A program made the position numbers and the translations under genes. The notes beneath the pieces are model-generated. The model was given only the letters and a program-made list of their open reading frames with translations. It ran no database searches and was not told where the DNA came from. Shown one piece after another: positions 60,024 through 64,000 of a stretch of 64,000 nucleotides of DNA (position 1 is its first letter; each line of letters begins with the position of its first letter). The DNA is from Octopus bimaculoides. Lineage: Eukaryota. The stretch is from NCBI RefSeq assembly GCF_001194135.2, contig NC_069003.1, positions 17,443,937-17,507,936 of the forward strand, written 5' to 3'.

Positions 60024-60286
60024 CTAAAACATTACAAACAAGGATCCAGAAGTAAGAACAGAAAGAAAGAAAAAAAGAAAGAAAGGAAGAAAGAGAGAGT
60101 GAGAGAGAGAGAGAGGTGGGTGGGTTGAAGGCTTTTAGCTATCTTGACTGATAAATGGATGGTTATTCTGAATTTAAAATCTACTCCATTTCATTTTTCT
60201 CCAGACAATCAAGAAAACAGTAGTGCAGAAGACTCAGTTGAATCTTTAATCATTAACACACAAAACTATTTTGAGCAGATCTAGGT

Positions 60287-60507
60287 TTAAGCCTTTAGCA
60301 TTTGAACTGGCCATAACCAGTCAAAATGTGTTTTATGCTAAAACTGATCAGATCCAACCTATCATACCAACCTTACAATGTCATTCTAAAAATAAACAAC
60401 CACATCACTGAAATCTTGAAACAGTGAGTTAAAGCATGATAAATTCAATTGAATGTGAATAAATAAGGATTACAATTGAAAGAGTAATCTGAATGCTAAT
60501 GGGTTAA
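60287..60507. mobile_element. piggyBac-type MITE
   Basis: TTAA at both ends with (C/G)CCTTTAGCATT-like TIR; partial copies near 13830-13973, 32940-33118 and 52567-52747. Confidence 0.65.
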
Positions 60508-60509
60508 AG

Positions 60510-60950
60510 ATTCCATCAGGATTTCATGTTAGTTTATGTTCCAAACACTGGCTTTGTAGAGGCAGTGTTGTTTTACTAGGTTGTTCAATGTCTTGGAGTT
60601 TAATTGATATGGAGATGGTGTATTTCATGGGGAGGTATGGTGACAGATGGGTTAAGTCCTTGTTTCACCCCATACAGAAGCATATTCTCTCCACACACCC
60701 CGTGGAGGGCTGGCCTTGTCTGCTTTAGAATACCTGGTTGCCAGATATTTTGATGCTTGTATCTATTCCAGCTCTTAGTGTTTCTGACAGCAATGCCTTA
60801 CAACCACACTGGTGCCAAGCTGTACTGGCCTTAAGATTTCAGCCTTTCTCTTGAATAAATATCAATGCCAGTCTTTCACAAAAGACCTTGCCCAACCTGC
60901 ATGGCATGACTGAGTCTGACCAATAGAGGCTCCCATTAAAGTGTAGTATT
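60510..60950 (-). mobile_element. Decayed RTE (BovB-like) RT C-terminal fragment
   Basis: Frame reading KAEIL...KYLA.R.SKA...RGVWRE resembles RTE KTE/YLGS/RI.KA/VW motifs. Confidence 0.45.
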
Positions 60951-61249
60951 TAAAACATCAGGAATTGTTAACAAGACACAGGCGCAGCTGTATGGTAAGA
61001 AGCTTGCATCCCAACCACTGTGATAACATTGAAAAGGATTAAAATATATGGCGGAGAATGAATGAATTTATCTGACAACTTAATATCCTTTAAAGAATTT
61101 TAGTCCAATGAATCGACCCCAGTACTTATGTTTTTGTAAAGCTTGGTAGTTATTCTATTGGTCTCTCTTGCCAAATCACTAAGTTACGGGGACACAAACA
61201 TACCAACACTAGTTGTCAAGCAGTAGTGGGGGATAAACACACACACACA

Positions 61250-62140
61250 CAATCTTAAATTAAAAACCACAAATCTTGCAAATACCTATCCAGGGTTTCC
61301 TGGTCGAAATAATATATTCCACCATTTATCAAGCAGAAAGCAAGAGCATTTGTCTTTTGAACAGATAACGTGTAAAGAAGAAGATAAAAAGGAAAAAAAC
61401 AAGGGAGATAACCAACATGACAATAATGATGTTAAGCAGATGTAAACAAGATGTTAATGGTTTACTAAGTGTCTGGTGGTCTGCTTTTAAATTCTGACGA
61501 TGTATTTTTTGAAATGTGGACATGAAGAAAAAAATCTCGTTCCTTTAATTTGTGTCTATTGGAGGTTCTCAAGTGTTTTAATAGATACAGTTTTTCAAGC
61601 GAACACACTGAACATTATTTAGACCTATTAATACAGGGTCAGGATTTAGAAAGGATTTTCCATTTGATATTGGAATTGGTCCCTTCATCTTTTAAGATTA
61701 AAGCTGAAAGATTTGTTGAATGTTTCTTATTATGGTACCTAAGATTTGAAAGATGGTTGTTACATCTAGATATAAATTTTCCTTCCACGGTTCTGATATA
61801 ACATTTGATATTTGTACAACCATTGTCATAGTTTGCTGAAACTTGTGCTTCATAAACAACAGGAAGATATATCACACTTCTGTCCTAGATGACATTTAGA
61901 TTTGTCACTACATGTGCATCCTAGGCAGGCTTGAATCATCTGCTGCTTATCTCCCTTGTATTTTTCTGTTTTTTTTTTTGTTGTCTTCTTTCATCTCTTG
62001 TTTAAACATTATCTGCTCAAAAGACAACTGACAAACAGTCTTGATTTCAGCTTGATAAATGGTGGAATAAATTATTATTTTGACCAAGAAACCATGGGTA
62101 GATATTTGCAAGATTTGTGCTTTGTAATTTAAGATTGATT
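61250..62140 (-). mobile_element. Penelope-like element: decayed GIY-YIG endonuclease flanked by inverted pseudo-LTRs
   Basis: ORF 61639-61875 (VVYEAQV...KCYI...KFISRCNNHLSNL...STNLS..I.WKIL) continues past a stop into CSVCSLEK...LNK...SSCPH; 61250-61400 is the reverse complement of about 61960-62140. Confidence 0.85.
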
Positions 62141-62209
62141 ATCTTTACTCTCTCAGCTGATCAAGTGCTTTGCTAATTGTTGAAGCATTACCACAAATTT
62201 TATGTATAT

Positions 62210-63250
62210 ATAATCTTCTGGGTAGGTAACAGTGACAGGGAAGAAGGTGGTGTGAGCATACTTCTCATAGAGAAATGGGTGGATAAGGTCATACAGGTAG
62301 TCAGAGTGCGCAATAGAGTACTTAAGCTCAGGCTAGTTTTGCAGAATAGTATAGCAACAATTATCTCTGCCTATGCGCCCCAGGTAGTGCTACCAAATGA
62401 GCAGAAGGACCACTTTTATGCTATCCTTCTGCAGGGACATGTTGGGCAGCAGCCAGGTATCTTCCATGGAGTACAAGGGTCATGGAATTGGTTCCCGAAA
62501 CAAAAAGGGAACAAGGCTACTGGAGCTCTGTGACACAAATGACTTAATGATCTGCAACACCAACTTCAGGAAGCCAATCAGTCACCTGCTTACCTATCAA
62601 TTGGGTGACCATGCTAGCCAGATTGATTTCATTCTCACCAGACAGCGATTTACAAGGTCACTTGTAAATGCAAAGACCTTCCTTGGTGAAGAATGTACCC
62701 CCACACCCAGCATAGACTACTCATCAGTGACTTTAGACTTCAGGCCAGAAGGTTGCCTAGAAGCAGACTAATCTGGAAAAGAAGGATCTGGAAGCTTAAG
62801 GATCCTTTATATGGTCAGAGATTTAGGGACACCCTAATTGAGAAATTTGATGAGAAGCAGGAGGAACTAAACTTGTAACATAGAGGGCAGCTGGGAACTC
62901 TTAAGGGACAGCTTGCTGAGTGCTACAGACCAAATCTGCAGCTGGTGCAAAGTCCCAACCAGAACTAGGGTGATGTGGTGGTAGAGCGGTGCTGTAGACA
63001 AAACCATTAGAGCAAAGAAGCAGGTCTGGAAAGAGTGGGAGAGTGGTGGTAGCAGGGAACTATATCAGGTAGCTAAGAGGGAGGCTAGAAGACAGAGGAG
63101 AAGCAGAGAGGAGGAACTTTGCCAATGTTCTGCATCGTGAGGACCAGAGGCTTGAAGTATTTCAGATTGCAAGACAATGTGTCGGAGAAAATCATGATGT
63201 GGTAGGAGAGAGATGTATTTGCATGGATGATGGGTCACTGGCAGTTAGTA
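62210..63250 (+). mobile_element. RTE LINE AP-endonuclease region, decayed
   Basis: GGVSILL.EKW, IISAYAPQ, LMICNTNFRK, QIDFILTR motifs. Confidence 0.85.
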
Positions 63251-63265
63251 TTTTGAAATACTAAA

Positions 63266-63997
63266 GAGTAAATTTATTCAAAAAATTGCCATTGGCCTCA
63301 ACCACAGCCTCCAGACGACTTTGGAATCTCCTGCAACTCTTCTGGGTGGTCTCCTTGTCTAAGTTGGTGAATGCTGCTATAATCCTTGCCTTCAGTTCCT
63401 CTTGGGTGTTACAAGGAGTTTTGTTGGTCTCTCACACACATAATAATCAAGGGGGTTGCAGTGTGGGCATTTCGGTGGCCAGATGTTAGGGATGATGTGG
63501 TTGCAGAAATTGTCTGACAGCCATGACTGGGTTCTCCTGCTTGTGTAGCATAGTGCAGATTCCTGTTGCCAGCAGCCACCCTCTTGACCCAGGGCAGCAC
63601 TGCCTCTTCCAGGCACTTGATAGAGGCCTCCATGTTAAGTGTGAGGCCGTGTGGGAAGATGAATGGAAGTATAATGTTGCCATCACTAGTGATCACTCCA
63701 AACACCATGATGTTGACTGGATGTTTGACTGTTATCACTCTCAGTACGTTTTAGGAACACAGCAAGCCAACAGTTGTTCTGTGTGTTCACCATTTGTTTG
63801 TACTGGAGCTTTCAGCTTGAATGCCAAGTAGTACAGCATGTTGTTTCCAAATTTCTGGCAGAGCAAATTGCATCATGATGCTGTTTTACTCACAAATGGT
63901 ATCCAACTGACTCTACTATACTGTGCAGTCAACAAAATCAAAAGCAAACAAATGTGCATGCATGAAATAAAAAATATAAAATTGCGACAATTTACTC
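63266..63997 (-). mobile_element. Tc1/maT-like transposon, internally deleted
   Basis: KHPVNIMVFG, WQQES..CYTSRRTQSWL, IWPP.CP.CNPLDYYV, C-terminal RLEAVVEANG; GAGTAAATT inverted ends at 63266 and 63997. Confidence 0.8.
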
Positions 63998-64000
63998 ATT

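Overview
AT-rich, repeat-dense animal genomic DNA with six N-gaps (16316-16415, 17188-17561, 20276-21060, 24617-24628, 34729-34925, 46421-46447). The RTE LINE/SINE repertoire and microsatellites suggest a cephalopod, probably Octopus (inference). No prokaryotic features are present. Manual splice reconstruction gives three host genes that the ORF track mostly misses. (1) MCM9, minus strand: 8 exons, 286 codons, continuing off the left edge. (2) A complete 5-exon, 152-aa ISCU on the plus strand, head-to-head with MCM9, with only 307 bp between the ATGs. (3) The last two coding exons of an unidentified minus-strand gene near 58.4-60.0 kb. The rest is mostly RTE, CR1 and Penelope-like retroelements, tRNA-derived SINEs, mariner/Tc1/hAT fossils, many foldback MITEs, Helitron-like ends and a ~3-kb 77-bp satellite. 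The best leads are: two type I hammerhead ribozyme motifs in introns (one intact, one sense to the MCM9 pre-mRNA); a Gln (CAG) at a conserved Arg of MCM9 that A-to-I editing could restore; the MCM9/ISCU bidirectional promoter; several long dsRNA-forming inverted repeats; and a satellite apparently derived from a dispersed-repeat segment. All homology calls are from memory of family motifs; no database search was run. Repeat boundaries are approximate unless a TSD or TIR is given.
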